From the NCBI GenBank assembly GCA_950097015.1, contig CATNEN010000030.1:4712001-4776000 (forward strand): DNA of 64,000 bases, read 5' to 3'. This DNA is from Macrostomum hystrix. Its lineage: Eukaryota > Animalia > Platyhelminthes. The notes beneath the pieces were generated by a model, which saw only the letters and a list, made by a program, of their open reading frames with translations, did no database searches and had not been told where the DNA came from. The translations under genes were made by a program, and so were the position numbers. Positions 38,439-50,826 of this stretch are shown here, piece by piece. Numbering within the stretch: position 1 is the first letter of the stretch; the number at the start of each line of letters is the position of its first letter.

Positions 38439-38560
38439 TTAGAGCCATTATAATCGCAGAGTCATTACAATTGCAGAGCCATTATAATTGTAGAGCCATT
38501 AGATTTGCAGAGCCATTTTATTTGCAGAGCCATTTTATTTGCAGAGCCATTATATTTGCA
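38439..38560 (+). repeat. ~17-bp minisatellite (TGCAGAGCCATTWTATT)n
   Basis: Degenerate tandem repeats. Confidence 0.8.
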
Positions 38561-38859
38561 AATTTGTTCAAATATAGCCGACATCTCCTCGCATCGTTGG
38601 CAGAATACCATCCCACGGATGACCTCGGTTGGTTCGGTCGGCGGCGCTTCGGCTGCGGCAGCAAACGTCGGCAAGCCAAGGACACGCAGAGGCCAGCGCA
38701 GCGCACAACGTCGCACTGAGCGACGGCGCTAGCGCAACGAGCCTGGGCGACTTCGCGGTGCTCTTAGACGCCAGCCGCTCCCAGTCTCTGCAGCTTCTGG
38801 CCTGATTCCGCCGGGTGGCGCCGGCGATCATGAGGCTCAACACCATCGGGCCCTAGCTG

Positions 38860-40620
38860 TACAAGGTGGCTGCCTTAGGCTCGGCACGCTGAATTGCCGA
38901 ACCCCGAAGGCCTCCTGGCGTCGCTCGCTTTCTACTTGTCCTTTCTACGGCTGGACCTCATCATGCTGCAGGAGGCATCCATCGTGGCCGAACCAGGTCT
39001 CCAGTCTGTGGACTTCGGTGCCGGGTGGACTCTTCTATATACGTCGGAAGACGGCCGCGGTCAGGCGGCGACGGTGTACTGATCGGACCACGCCTTCAAC
39101 AAAGCGTCCCACTGTCCCCACGCCTATTACGGGTCGACCTGCACCTGCGCACTCGATGCATTCGCCTGTTCTGCGCCTTACGCGCCCACGGCTGCTCACC
39201 CAGAGGAGTCGTTTTCTTCGACTCTCTGGCTGGGCAGCTCTAGGAGGTGCCGAACGCTACTAGTGCTCGGAAACCTGAACGCAGCCCCGCGTAGGTCCGA
39301 GCGGTCGTGAAAATAGCAACACGGATGCGCTGGAGAAACTGCTCGAGCGACTGGATCTGGTGTCTGCAAACACGCAATTCCGCAAGCCACCAGCCCTACT
39401 AGTCACCTTCACGGGCTGCAAGAGGAGGCGGCGGAATGCACGCGGACGCAATGCCACGAGGCGACTGGCACAACTCGATCGATCACGTGCTTCTTCGCGT
39501 CCGCGAGCGCCGTTGCATCTTCAACTGCGACACCATGGCTCCCCTGGCGCTCCGATCTGACCATCGACTGCTGCTCTGCGACCTGCGGCTCAACGACCCA
39601 CTCTACCAACCTCCAAAACAGCGGCCACTGCGTTACTACTGTGCATTGCTGGACCCCCGCGCGAAGCGCCAGTTTACAGGCGCGTTCTGCAGCGCGCTTG
39701 GCTACCAGCAGGAGTCAGACTACGCCGACATTTGCACCGCCGTAAGAACTGCCGCTGAGAAAACGGTTCCGCTGATACGACCTGCACAGCAATCACTGCC
39801 AGTTTGGCAGAGCGACACGAGCATCAAGCAGGTACTGTAACGATTTCTTATGCAACAAATTGAGTCCTCGCAGTAAGAGCCCGTTCATACGGCAGTGAGC
39901 CAATTGAGGCCGAGAGTCAAAATATATTTAAGTTTAACAGAGCGATAAGGAAGGGGGGTTGGTTAGAAGGGTAACATGTGCGCGGACTGGCCAGAGGTAA
40001 GAGATGAAACGCAGGGGAAGGAAAGAGAGACGAGGTGAGAGCCAATCAGAGCCGAGAGAGAAGATAAGGCTAATAAATAAATTGAACAGGCAGGGGGAGA
40101 GAGGAGAGAGTACATTAAGAGGGCGCGTGAAATGAGAAACCAGGGAGAAGTTAATACAGGCACAGCAAAATATCAAGCGCCTACGGAGAAACCGGTGGCC
40201 CACACACGAAGCGGAAGAAGCCTTCGCGCACCTTTTGGCTGAATGCCAACGGGGCTGCAGTTGACGACGCCAATCAAATCATCACAACGGCCGGCCCTGA
40301 CGTGAGGAGCCCCGCAGTGTGGAGACTCTAACGGGACGCAAGAGGCGTGTGGCGCTGAATTTGGCCGGCGACACTCCTGAAGAGCGCTGAAACGAATTGC
40401 GCGACTTCTTCGTCGGCAACGGGAACGCGCCCCCTCTCCCGCTGCCTGCAAACTTCGCCATGCCTGCTCCGCTGCCAGCCGAGGACTTTTGCACCAGTCC
40501 AGTGACAACGGAGGATGTTATGCATTTCGCTCGAAGAACACCAGGTGGCAGAGCGCTTGGCCCCGACGAGGTTCCGGTCGAGGCGCTGCGGCTCCGATGT
40601 GTAGCCTCACAAGTCGCAGG
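38860..40620 (+). mobile_element. RTE-clade LINE 5' fragment (APE endonuclease and start of RT), frameshifted and interrupted at ~39830-40171
   Basis: LGTLNCRT, IDHVL, SDHRLLLCDL and SPVTTEDV...GRALGPDEVPVEAL. Confidence 0.8.
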
Positions 40621-41450
40621 CGTCTGTCTGTCTGTCTGTTTGACCAGTATTTCTGTCTACAGCCTGTATGCCTGAACCTATTATTTTAAACTTGCTTTTT
40701 TGATTGGGAATTCTTGAGATTGTGCGGATCTCTTTGTTTAAAAAATGATAATACCATTTTACCATAATGGTAAAATGGCTAAATACTCGAAAAGCATTCT
40801 TTTTGCTGTTATTTTCAATGGTCAAACATTTTCATCTTTAGAAGAGGGCCCTGAACTGCCCATTTTAATTGATTACATGATTGATTTTTACCGTACGTAT
40901 GTTAGTTGAGGGCAACTGAGCTTGAGTTGCGCAATACTTTCTTTGCTTAGGCCAACTGGCTGAGTGATTTGATTTGATTTGTAAAAAATGTACTTAACTT
41001 CATTTATAAGTGATAGAATGTACGCATATACTTCAATGCAATTCAAACTGTTTCACTCTAGCAGACTTTCAATTTAAAGGCTGTTTTGTAGACTTTTATC
41101 GATAAGCGGAACAGTCGTATTTCTAGAACTAAGGCTGGGTTAGTCTCTGCTAAAGGGAGGCTTTGCTTCTCTGTAAAATGGGAGCATTGGTTCTTAGCTA
41201 AGGGTGGCTTTGGTTGACTACAACTTCTGCTTAAAGGTGGCATTGTTTTCTACTTAGGGGGGACTTAGGTAAATAAGAGGCATTAAGTCGCTACTAAAGG
41301 AGGCATTGATTGCCTGTTGGTGGAAATTTCTTACCAGTTGGTGTGGCGTTGGTTGGGGAAATAAATTTTTCGTTTGCTACGTTTGTTTGCCTGTGTTTTA
41401 CCCCCTGTGGGGATTATGTTTGGGCTACCCGGAGGGGGCTGAATTGCTAG
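40621..41450 (+). mobile_element. Second-family non-autonomous Helitron, 5'-truncated
   Basis: (TCTG)n near the 5' end and a 3' GC-rich hairpin-like motif followed by CTAG at 41450. Diverged direct copy of 41451-42062. Confidence 0.65.
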
Positions 41451-42062
41451 TCACACTACAGAGATTTAGTATAGTTTTGGAAAAAAAATCGGTTCAGGCA
41501 TTCAGTCTGTTGACTGACAGATCTGTCTGTCTGTCTTTCTGACCGGTATTTCAGTCTACAGACTGAATGCCTGAACCAATTTTTTTCAAACTTGCTTTAA
41601 TTGATTAGAATTTTTTGTGAGATTGTGTGGATATCTTTGTTTTGAAAATCTAATGGTAAGTTGGTAAACTGCTAAAAAACTAGCTTTTTGCTGCTATGTT
41701 CAATGGTCAAACTTTTTTGTTCATAGAAGAGGCCCGATACTGTCAATTTAAATTTGGTTGTATCAGTGCTTTTCTCAACCGCGCATGTGTTAGTCAGTAA
41801 TGGGCTGGCTGAGTTTGAGTTGCGTACTCTCTTTGCCTAGGCCAGATAGCTGAGTGATTCGATCATTTCTTTGTTCTTTGCTGCTGGGGGGAATCTGCTG
41901 CTGGGGGCATTAGTTCTCTGCTGCTGGAGGCATTAGTTTTCTTCTGCTGGAGGTATTAGTTCTCTGCTGCTGGGGGGCCATTTTGCGTCAGCCAAAATGT
42001 GTTTGTTTATCTGTAGACGGGATTATGTTTGTGCCACCCTGAGAGAGGGGCTAAATAGCTAG
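41451..42062 (+). mobile_element. Second-family non-autonomous Helitron (612 bp)
   Basis: Starts with TC immediately after CTAG. Contains (TCTG)n and internal ~21-bp repeats at 41880-41975. Ends CCCTGAGAGAGGGGCTAAATAGCTAG|T. Confidence 0.7.
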
Positions 42063-43865
42063 TCCCAAAACCTAAAGGTACCTTAACAAGCAAAAATGTA
42101 CTTTCACAAGCCCTTAAATTTCACAAGGCCTGTAGATTGGATCTCTCCATCGTGCTTTTCGATGTTAAAAAGCGACTTTTTTCGATATTAGTGCTTATAT
42201 TTAGAAGCGGCTAAGTCTAGAACTGCCGATTAATCTTAACCCGCGCGCGCGACTATCGCTGAGACATAACTAGGGCAGCTGGCAAAGCGGGTCAAAGACC
42301 AATGCTTGCCAGCGCGGAGGAATGGGAGAAAGGGGAAGGGGTGGGGGAGAGAAAACGGCTGAGGCAGATGATGTGGGAAACAACTGCATGGGGGAGAGGA
42401 TGGGGAAAAGGATGAGGGAGAAGAGCAAGGGGAAGAAAGTTCTAGGAAGAATGCAGAGGATAAAGAAACGGGATGAGTGAAAGAAAGGGAGTGGTGTAAG
42501 TGACTTCTTAAAATAAATTGAGTCTTAGCAGTAAGAGCCTGCACTTTAACTGCACTTTAATTGTTTCGCCTTCTATCGTCCTTTTAGCCCATAGACTACG
42601 CATCCTGCCCGCCCCTTTGTTAACTAAATCGTTGTCTATGGTTTAATTCCTTGCTCGGTACAGTTCCCCTTTAGTTGCTTCTAGTGCGCACTAAGACCAC
42701 TAGTTCTTCGGACCAAATGCTTTTCACTTTCTTAACGTTTAAATACAAGCAAGGAAATTTTATCCCAAGCGACACTATCTAATGCTATCTAGAGCCTAAC
42801 TAAGGCTCTGAGAGTGAACCCCGATTGATGTCTGTGGACAATTCTTAAAGACAAGTCCAGCGCGGAGGAAGGAGCGCGGAAAGTTCTAGCGCGCTTACTT
42901 AAGGAGGACTATAAGGAAAGGTCATAATAAATCGAGGCCCGGCTCGAATGCAGTAAAAAACCGTGAACATGAAGAATGAATGAGCACGGCAATCCTCCTG
43001 GGTGATTTACGATACCAGATCGCGGTTTGGAGAGGAATTATTGCTTAACTAGCGCATACATTAAAGGTATGGGACCGCGATCAGCCATTCCTACAAGGAT
43101 CAAACAAACTCGGGGATCAGGGTTCGACAGCTACTGAGGTAGAAATCGTAGTCATCACGATTAATGATATGGGCAGCCAGATGCTAGGTGAAGGAGAGAC
43201 GATTTCTCTACCGAGGGGACATTCAAAAGTTTCGAAATTTGGCTACCTCTAAACACTATGCAGAAAAATTTTCAAGTTGTGAAACTAAGGGTTTGTGAAA
43301 GCGAACCAACATTTTTGTGTTCACTTTTCCCACTGCATGACAGGGCAGGAATCTAACATTAAAGCGATTGAAAGGACTTATTGTTTTAAAGCATTATAAG
43401 TACTGTGCCTCGCCGGCAGATGAATAAATAACAGAGACGATGGATTGGCTCAATTGACGGGGATGATAAGACGGGAAAGATCAGACAATCGAGAGTTGAG
43501 GTACGCGACAGAAGTTAAAAAGAGGAGAGCTGAGACAGGAGAGAGATAAAAAAGGGGTAAAGAGAGATAAGACAGGGCAGAGATGAGACAGGGGAAATAT
43601 GAAACAGAGGAGAGATGAAACAGGGGAGAGGTTGTCTCTCCATTTTTATGTTTGTTCTGCTTACCAGTGCTCACTTGCTTACTACTATCAGTGATAAAGG
43701 ATCTTAATATATACAAGCAAAATATGATGTATGGTTTTTGGGATACGTGATTGGGTTTTTATTGGATATTGGGTTTATGGATGTGACCACTAACATATGG
43801 TTGTGCTGTTGCAACCACTACCAAAAGTCTTCAATATAGAACTTTGCAAAATACGAAACACTGAC

Positions 43866-45096
43866 CGGCCAACAGTTTGATGGCAAAGGTCCACGTTGTG
43901 CCCAGTTTTTGCGCTAGTCTCCATAAAGCAAATTATGTCGCACTCCTGCAAGAACAATACGAGCATTAACTGAAAGCAACCTCTTAAATTAAGTTAAAAG
44001 TCGCAACACGCAAGACTTGCTACCTGCGCCAGTCGCTGTCCCTCCTGAGCGCTGACCTCACGATCCGCTTCAAGATCCGCCTTGTTGGCTATTAGAATTA
44101 TGAACACATCCTCTGAACCGTACTCACGAATATCAGTTAGCCAGCCTCGGACATTGCAGAACGTCTGCCGACTTGTCAAATCGTAGAAAAGCAGAATAGC
44201 TGCGTGACATTCGGTAATTTATGCTTTGTATTTTACATGCTGAACTACTTGTATAAGTATCTCGCGGTTTTTAAACACCCGCAAATAAAACGTCCCAAGC
44301 CAAAGTGGAAATCTGGCTTTAATAAATCTTAACATAGTCCTCATTGATCACTCAATTTTTAAACAAGTGTTTAACAAGAGATTTTTTGAGTATTCAGGTA
44401 GTTCATGAGTTGTAGTGATCAGTGAGAAAATGAAAAAGTACAGGACTCACTTGTACAGAAGTTTTTTATGAATGAAAGCTAAATACGAGTATCTGAACGA
44501 CTTACAGTCAGCGTCTCTGTAATAGGCGCTAGTAATGCTTCGGTATCTCTCTGTGCCGGCCGTATCCCAAACCTTAAGATTCAAGCATTTGATTGCAGTT
44601 TTGTATTTGTTTATTATTTATATTGTGACTAACATTTGACAGAGTTGCATAAGTTTTTCGTTTACCTGAAAGCGAACTTTGTGGCCATCAACTGGGAGTG
44701 TCCTGCTCTTGAATGGAAAATTGCAGAAGTTTTATTTGCCTTTAACACATTTATCGATAAGAACGATATAAAAATTTTCATTTGTGTATATTGATATAAA
44801 AAATCCTGAAAAATATATAACGAGCGTACATGCAACTGAAGATCTTCTGAGTCCCAACATACCCGGTAGTCCACTCCAACCGTGCTGATGAATGTGTTAC
44901 CGGGAAACTTGGCATCCTTGAACTGGTGAAGGAAACTAGTTTTGCCTGAGCCGCTATCACCAACCAGCATCACTTTGCATGTCGCGTCAAACGGATCTAT
45001 GCTTATTGACTTCTTTAGCTGACGCCGGCCCTGCTCCTCTTCAGTGACCTCGCTCGGCAAGGCGAATCGAACTCCTGATTGCTCATAGGTTAGATT
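43866..45096 (-). CDS. RAB26: Rab26/Rab37-like small GTPase (partial). Exons 45096-44863, 44707-44666, 44572-44506, 44199-44024, 43945-43866
   Basis: Splices in frame to KVMLVGDSGSGKT...TFISTVGVDYR|SRTLPVDGHKVRFQ|VWDTAGTERYRSITSAYYRDAD|SILLFYD...ANKADL...Q|ECDIICFMETSAKTG, with AG/GT boundaries. First and last exons not located. Confidence 0.85.
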
Positions 45097-48000
45097 CTGA
45101 GACGTAAATTGTTAGATAGAGATAGAGAAAGCTGAAAGCTCAATGCTACATGTGAACGTATACGCTTGCAAGTTACATGTACTAGCTTTTATATTGAAGG
45201 CATGATTAGAATATAAATAATTGCCATTAGATCTGGAAAGCTAGCTGTCACGCTTTCTAGACTTTACATGGAACTGTTGAACTTTGTACCACAGCTCAGC
45301 TGCAATCGAAAATAAGAAGTGGATGGCTCTTCGCTGTTTTAGAAAATAAAGACAGATATGAAGGCCCTTGAAGATTCCGGATGATTCAATCTATCTTTTA
45401 TTATTGCTCCCACGATTAGTAGACTCATTGTTGCTGTAGTGGTATCGAGGGGGTAGTGATTTCAAGCAAAGGCTACACGTACAGTATACAGAGCGTTTAT
45501 CATGCTTACTTACCATAATCACAATTTACTAACTGTAGTAATCGGGAAAATAAGCAGTAACTTTAGCGGAAGAGCTGTCACAGCAGATATGATTTTATCA
45601 GTAAACTCTCGCCAGGAGCCACTCATCTATCGCGTTACTACAATAGAGTTTTCAAAGTCTGAAACAAACTCAAAAAATCATTAAAAAGTATAAAAGCATT
45701 TGCGAGAAGTTGGTACTCGTATCAACCTCGTGAAAAGGTAAAAAATCTGTAAATGAGAGCGACCGAACAGATTCTTCACTCGCGTATGATCGGTTTCACA
45801 GTTCCTACCACCCAACATTAACAGTTAATCTCGCATCTATGATAAAAAGCCTTAAGAAACATACAAGTAGCTAGTATCCTGATAAAAGGAACAAAAAGTT
45901 TGTTGCATTATTTTTACTCTGATTTCAGATTTCAAAAACCAATCCGATAAAATCCTAATTATTGTAGCCATTTTTGCCTTGTCGCATGCAGCTTCCACAC
46001 ACAGGAAAAAAATTAAAACCTACCTAACAAACCTAACATATAAAACCTACCTTATTGTATCGAATAAACTGGTGATACGCCGTTCCTTTACAAAGCCGAC
46101 CAACTTGTAAGTTTTAAATGCACCTAATTTTCAACGCGAACAATTCAGTTTGACAATCGAGCTAGCACAAAAATAAGTTGTTCGAAACTGACTGGCGCAA
46201 CCTTCGGACAGAAAGATAACAGAAACTCACTACATTATGCACGACCTATATCTGCACGTGAAAACCAAGAGAGTACATTAACCGGAGCACGGCTTTATCT
46301 CGTATATTGTATAGTTATAGGTATCACAGATTCACAGGTAATATGCAACTCGTAAACGAAGCTTGGGGCCTTAAGTAGTTATGAACTATAGAATAACGAC
46401 GGTCATATCATTGGACTACTGCAGAAGAGTGGTGAACTCAAAGGACTCGAAATTAACATATGGGCTGCATGTTGCAGTGGCAGCTTAACCCGTTAAACAC
46501 AACATGAGACAGCTCATATTTTTTTGCAAAACGAAGGAGAAAAAAATATTAAAGGAAGGAATGAAATTTAGGCGGTTAACGCTATTCAGATGTTTTATGT
46601 GTTGGGATTAACGTATATTTTTATTTGTTTGCTTTGGTATGAAGTTTATGAGGAAAATTTGCTGTGACTAAGGATGAAGTAACACAGTAAACAGCATAGC
46701 AAAAAAGCGAATAAAATTTTAAAACGGTAAGACAAAATAAGCCATATTATTGATTGGAATCTTTTTTAATAAGTTATCACCTCGTAGTTAAAGGTAGTTT
46801 TTTGGATATCCCTCGTATAAAGCTGAGACATGGAATAATAATATTTTCTATAATTCAATTATAGATTCAATTTAATTTAAAGCATGATAAATCAATTTCA
46901 AATTAAGGTTAGAGTTTTACAGCTAGCTCCATGTCTTTACTACGCAATGAGATTTTACACGTATTCTGCTGAACTTGCTTTCCAGATCGGGAAGCTTGGC
47001 AAGTGAATAGTGCGCAAAATGAGTGGGTACAACTAAGGTAAAGTTAATACAAGTAGTTTAAAGTTGATACAATTAGTTCACTCAAAGCAAAAACGAGTTA
47101 CCTAAAATCAACAAAAGACAACTTTAAATCAAGGCAACTAATTGCGTAGGTAATCCAGGTAGCTAACAATTTCATACATTTCTGGACATGCAAACTAAAT
47201 TAAGACGTTCTACATTAGACGAAGCTCAATTAGAATAATTAAAGGAAAAACTGCAATAGATGGACTGCACGTGATGAATTAAAAAAAATTATATTCGACG
47301 GACAGCCAGCCAATCAAGAGCACCTATTGCAAACATAAAAATAGCTCAGATGCGAGATAATGGTCCGACCGAGCGTTGCTTTGTTGGAGGTTAAACCGGG
47401 GGTTGGGGGCTTGTGCATTGGTGCGGGGGTGCATGTACGTTTCCTGGTCGCGGGGCCGCCCCCCTCTTGGGGTTGGCCTTGCCCAGCCCTATTTAGTGTG
47501 GCACGCTGTGCGCCGGCGCGTCTCTCCGAGAGGCTTATTGATTTTTTTTGCGCCAATGTTTCTGCTTTTAATTTACAATGAATAGTGTTTCTCTTTTAAA
47601 TTGCCTTCGTCTCGCTCATAAAATAAAATTTCAGTAAGCACATTGATAATGCTCGATTCTTAAGGGCCAGGTTCGAACTTGCGCCCGCCGTGCCAACCGC
47701 CTGGCTTCGACTCACTGGTTTAACCTATATAAAATTGCAACACAGGGGTTTCAATTGCTAAAATAAATAGACCCAACCACTTCTTATTTAGGTTTTCGGA
47801 AAAGCAGTACACATTTTTGGTATCAAGGAAAAAATAACGCATTTTTGTCATCGTAAAGACTGCTTTTACGAGCGTAGACAGTTTTAATCTGTCGAAATAA
47901 TAAGTGGTTACACAATTGCATGGTGAAAATAAGTCTACAAGCCAAGAGAACTACAATTTAAAGTCAAAAAGCATGTTGAGACTAGTTGACACGATATTTT

Positions 48001-50826
48001 ATATTATATAATGTGATGTATATATGAAAATTTAAATCTTTTAAAATTCGATCAGTCCATTTAAACGGTCAGCGAGTTAGTCAGTGTTCGTCATTAGTTG
48101 AGCAGTAACTTTTCGAAATTCGTGACATCAAATGTATTTTTGACAGCAAAGCCAACTTTTAATCGTGAGAGCCAGTCAGCTGGCTAGCAACATAGTCAGA
48201 GCCGCGCTTCCTTAGCTCTCCCTCAGCTGGAATAAAGTAGAAGGATTTTTGTATTAGAAAATAAAGTCTTCCCTTAATCGCTGTATTTCGATGGATACGC
48301 ATTGGTTCACTTATTGTCCTTTTACAGACGTGCTTTTACTGATTTTTTACTGTTGTCAAATTTATGTAAAAATGAATTAACCATTGCGTCGTACTTAAAG
48401 GCGCTTTACGATTATCTTTGCAAATATCATAAACACACCAAATAGCATTCATTAATCTCACACAATCTCTGTGGCCAACGGCCAAATGGCTGAACCGTAT
48501 TCAAAACAAATGCTGACTTTTACGAGCGTAGCTTGTACAGAATGCAAGCTAATGCAAAGAAATAGGTGATTCAGTTCTCCTTTCCTATGCACTCCTGCTG
48601 GCCTTTCTGGCCCATTACTTCGAATGAAGTTTGCAGTCAGCAGAAGAACAGCAGCGAGCTAGCAAGCGCACAACCGCATAGAGGAAGAAATCGGTTGAGG
48701 CAAGAAATGGCAGGCGCAGAGGAAGAACATGACTAACCAAAGTAAAAAGGGCAGGACAGAGGAAAACCAAAGGTGAAAGCCAAGAACATTGATTGTGGCT
48801 ACAGGTAATGTGGGCCTTGGAGGTCTTGGAGGAGGTCTGAAGGATTTGAACAGGCCCTGGCAACCACAAAAAGGGATCTGTGGAGAATAACAGTTCAGTA
48901 GGCAAACCGATAGTGTTGAGAATATCTAAACTTTTCTTTCATAGGATTTTTGGAGGCTAAAAGCATCATTAGTAAATTATATTACAACTTATTATTATTA
49001 TTATTATTATTATTGCTATAACCATTTTCAATTGTGAGGTGTGGCAACAAAGTCAAATAATTTTTTCGCATAACTCATTTACAGAGTCAGCAATTGTACG
49101 AGCTAACAGAAATTGATTTATTTCATAGCGGCTTTACTTACAACAGAAATAGCGAAAAAATTTAGCTTCAATTTAGAAGTGAATTTGAAATTGTTTGCAA
49201 CTGGAACTAATCCACAATTAAAAAACGAGGAAAGTAACCACTTTAAATTTAGAGCAGCAATACGAGTATCTGCGAAAAAATCTCTCGTGTGAAAAATCTC
49301 TAGTGCGATGACGTTTTGACTCATAATAACTCTCAATATATATGGTATTGAGAGTTACTCCAATGGACGCTAGTTCGATTCTCCCTTCAAGTCACGATTA
49401 ATTTCGGGACTTGTTGGAGGGTTTAGACAGTAGCGACCGGCGGAGGTGCACCATATTTCGTGCAATCAAAGCTTGGAATAATAGCTTCGCTCCTACCTTC
49501 TGTGTGCCTGTTCTGCGTTGTGTGCGTTGGCGCTGGGGCGTGAGGCCTTGGGGGGCGGGTGTACACCGCCTCGCGCTTTCTGGATTTCCGTCAGCGCGAT
49601 TGGATAAGTGTACACTCATCACCCGCCTCCCCCTGAGGACTGATTTCTTTTCAGCCTTCACCCGGCTTGGTCTGCTCTATGCGTGTGGGGCTCGGGTGGG
49701 GGGCACTGCTGCCTATTCTGGGTGCCTCCTGCCCTCCCCGGCTGGTCTGTGCTGCAGTGTGTGTGCCTGCTCAGGGGAGGCGGCGCGATGGGCGCTAAGC
49801 GCCTAGTTCGCCGGTCTGGGGGCGTGCCGCTCCGTCGCTTGTGCGACAAGTGCCCCGGGCCCCCCTGCAAATAGATAGATAGAGATAGTGGATTCATGGA
49901 CGTCCACTTAAAGACAACACAGTGTTGCTCGGCCTACACCCTCTGGAGTATGAGGTTAAACGGTGCAGAAATTTTAACCCAGCTGAACACTAGTCATTGG
50001 CCTGAAGCAGTATCCAGAAGCACAGTGTACCACTGGATTGAAGAGTTTTAAGCTGATGTACGGATGTGGCTGATTTGGTGGACGAACTCCAGCATCTGCT
50101 TTTAAAGCTCTTGGAGATTGAATCCTTGACCTCATGGAAACTGATTCTCAACTGACAATCCGCTGTAGATAACCTGCTTACCTGGTGTAATAAATGCATC
50201 CAACAGAAAAGAACTATGTTTAGAAAGTCTCAGTTGAAATTGACGAAGATAAACTTTTTTGATAGACAACTGACTTACTGTTTCCTGGTGCTCCATATAC
50301 AACCTACAAGTTCCTGTCTATGTAGAGATGCAGTATGTAGTGAAGAAGTAATAACTTTAAAACAGTTTTTATCTTTTCAGAATTGAACAGGAAGAGCTAT
50401 TAAGGAGGGCAAAAAAAGTATTTAAAATAAAAATAATTGTGTTACTTGTACTACGCCGCTATGAAATAAATCAGTTGCTGATAATACGAGCGTATTGCTA
50501 GCTTTTAGGAAAGATATGGGAAAGAGTCCTAAGACTGATTAGTCACCCTCCGTACAATTCTCAAACTGGTACGTACTTATACTGGTTCATTGATGAACTG
50601 GTATAAGTTACTAAATTGTTTGTAACCAAATCATATGTTACACTTTCGAACTCAGAAGAAAATTATTTTTTTAAATGACTAGAAGTCTCAAATATATTAA
50701 CTAAAAAAATTAACAGGAAAAAAAATTTAAAGCTTAACTCGTGCGACTTTTAGATTAATTAGCATTTTTATAAACTTATACAAATATTGTTTCTACAAAG
50801 CTGAGGGACAGCTGCTTGGTGCTTAC

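Noticed and set aside
49960-50200. Candidate final REEP5 exon
   Set aside because: An open phase-compatible frame exists, but it has no recognisable family similarity.
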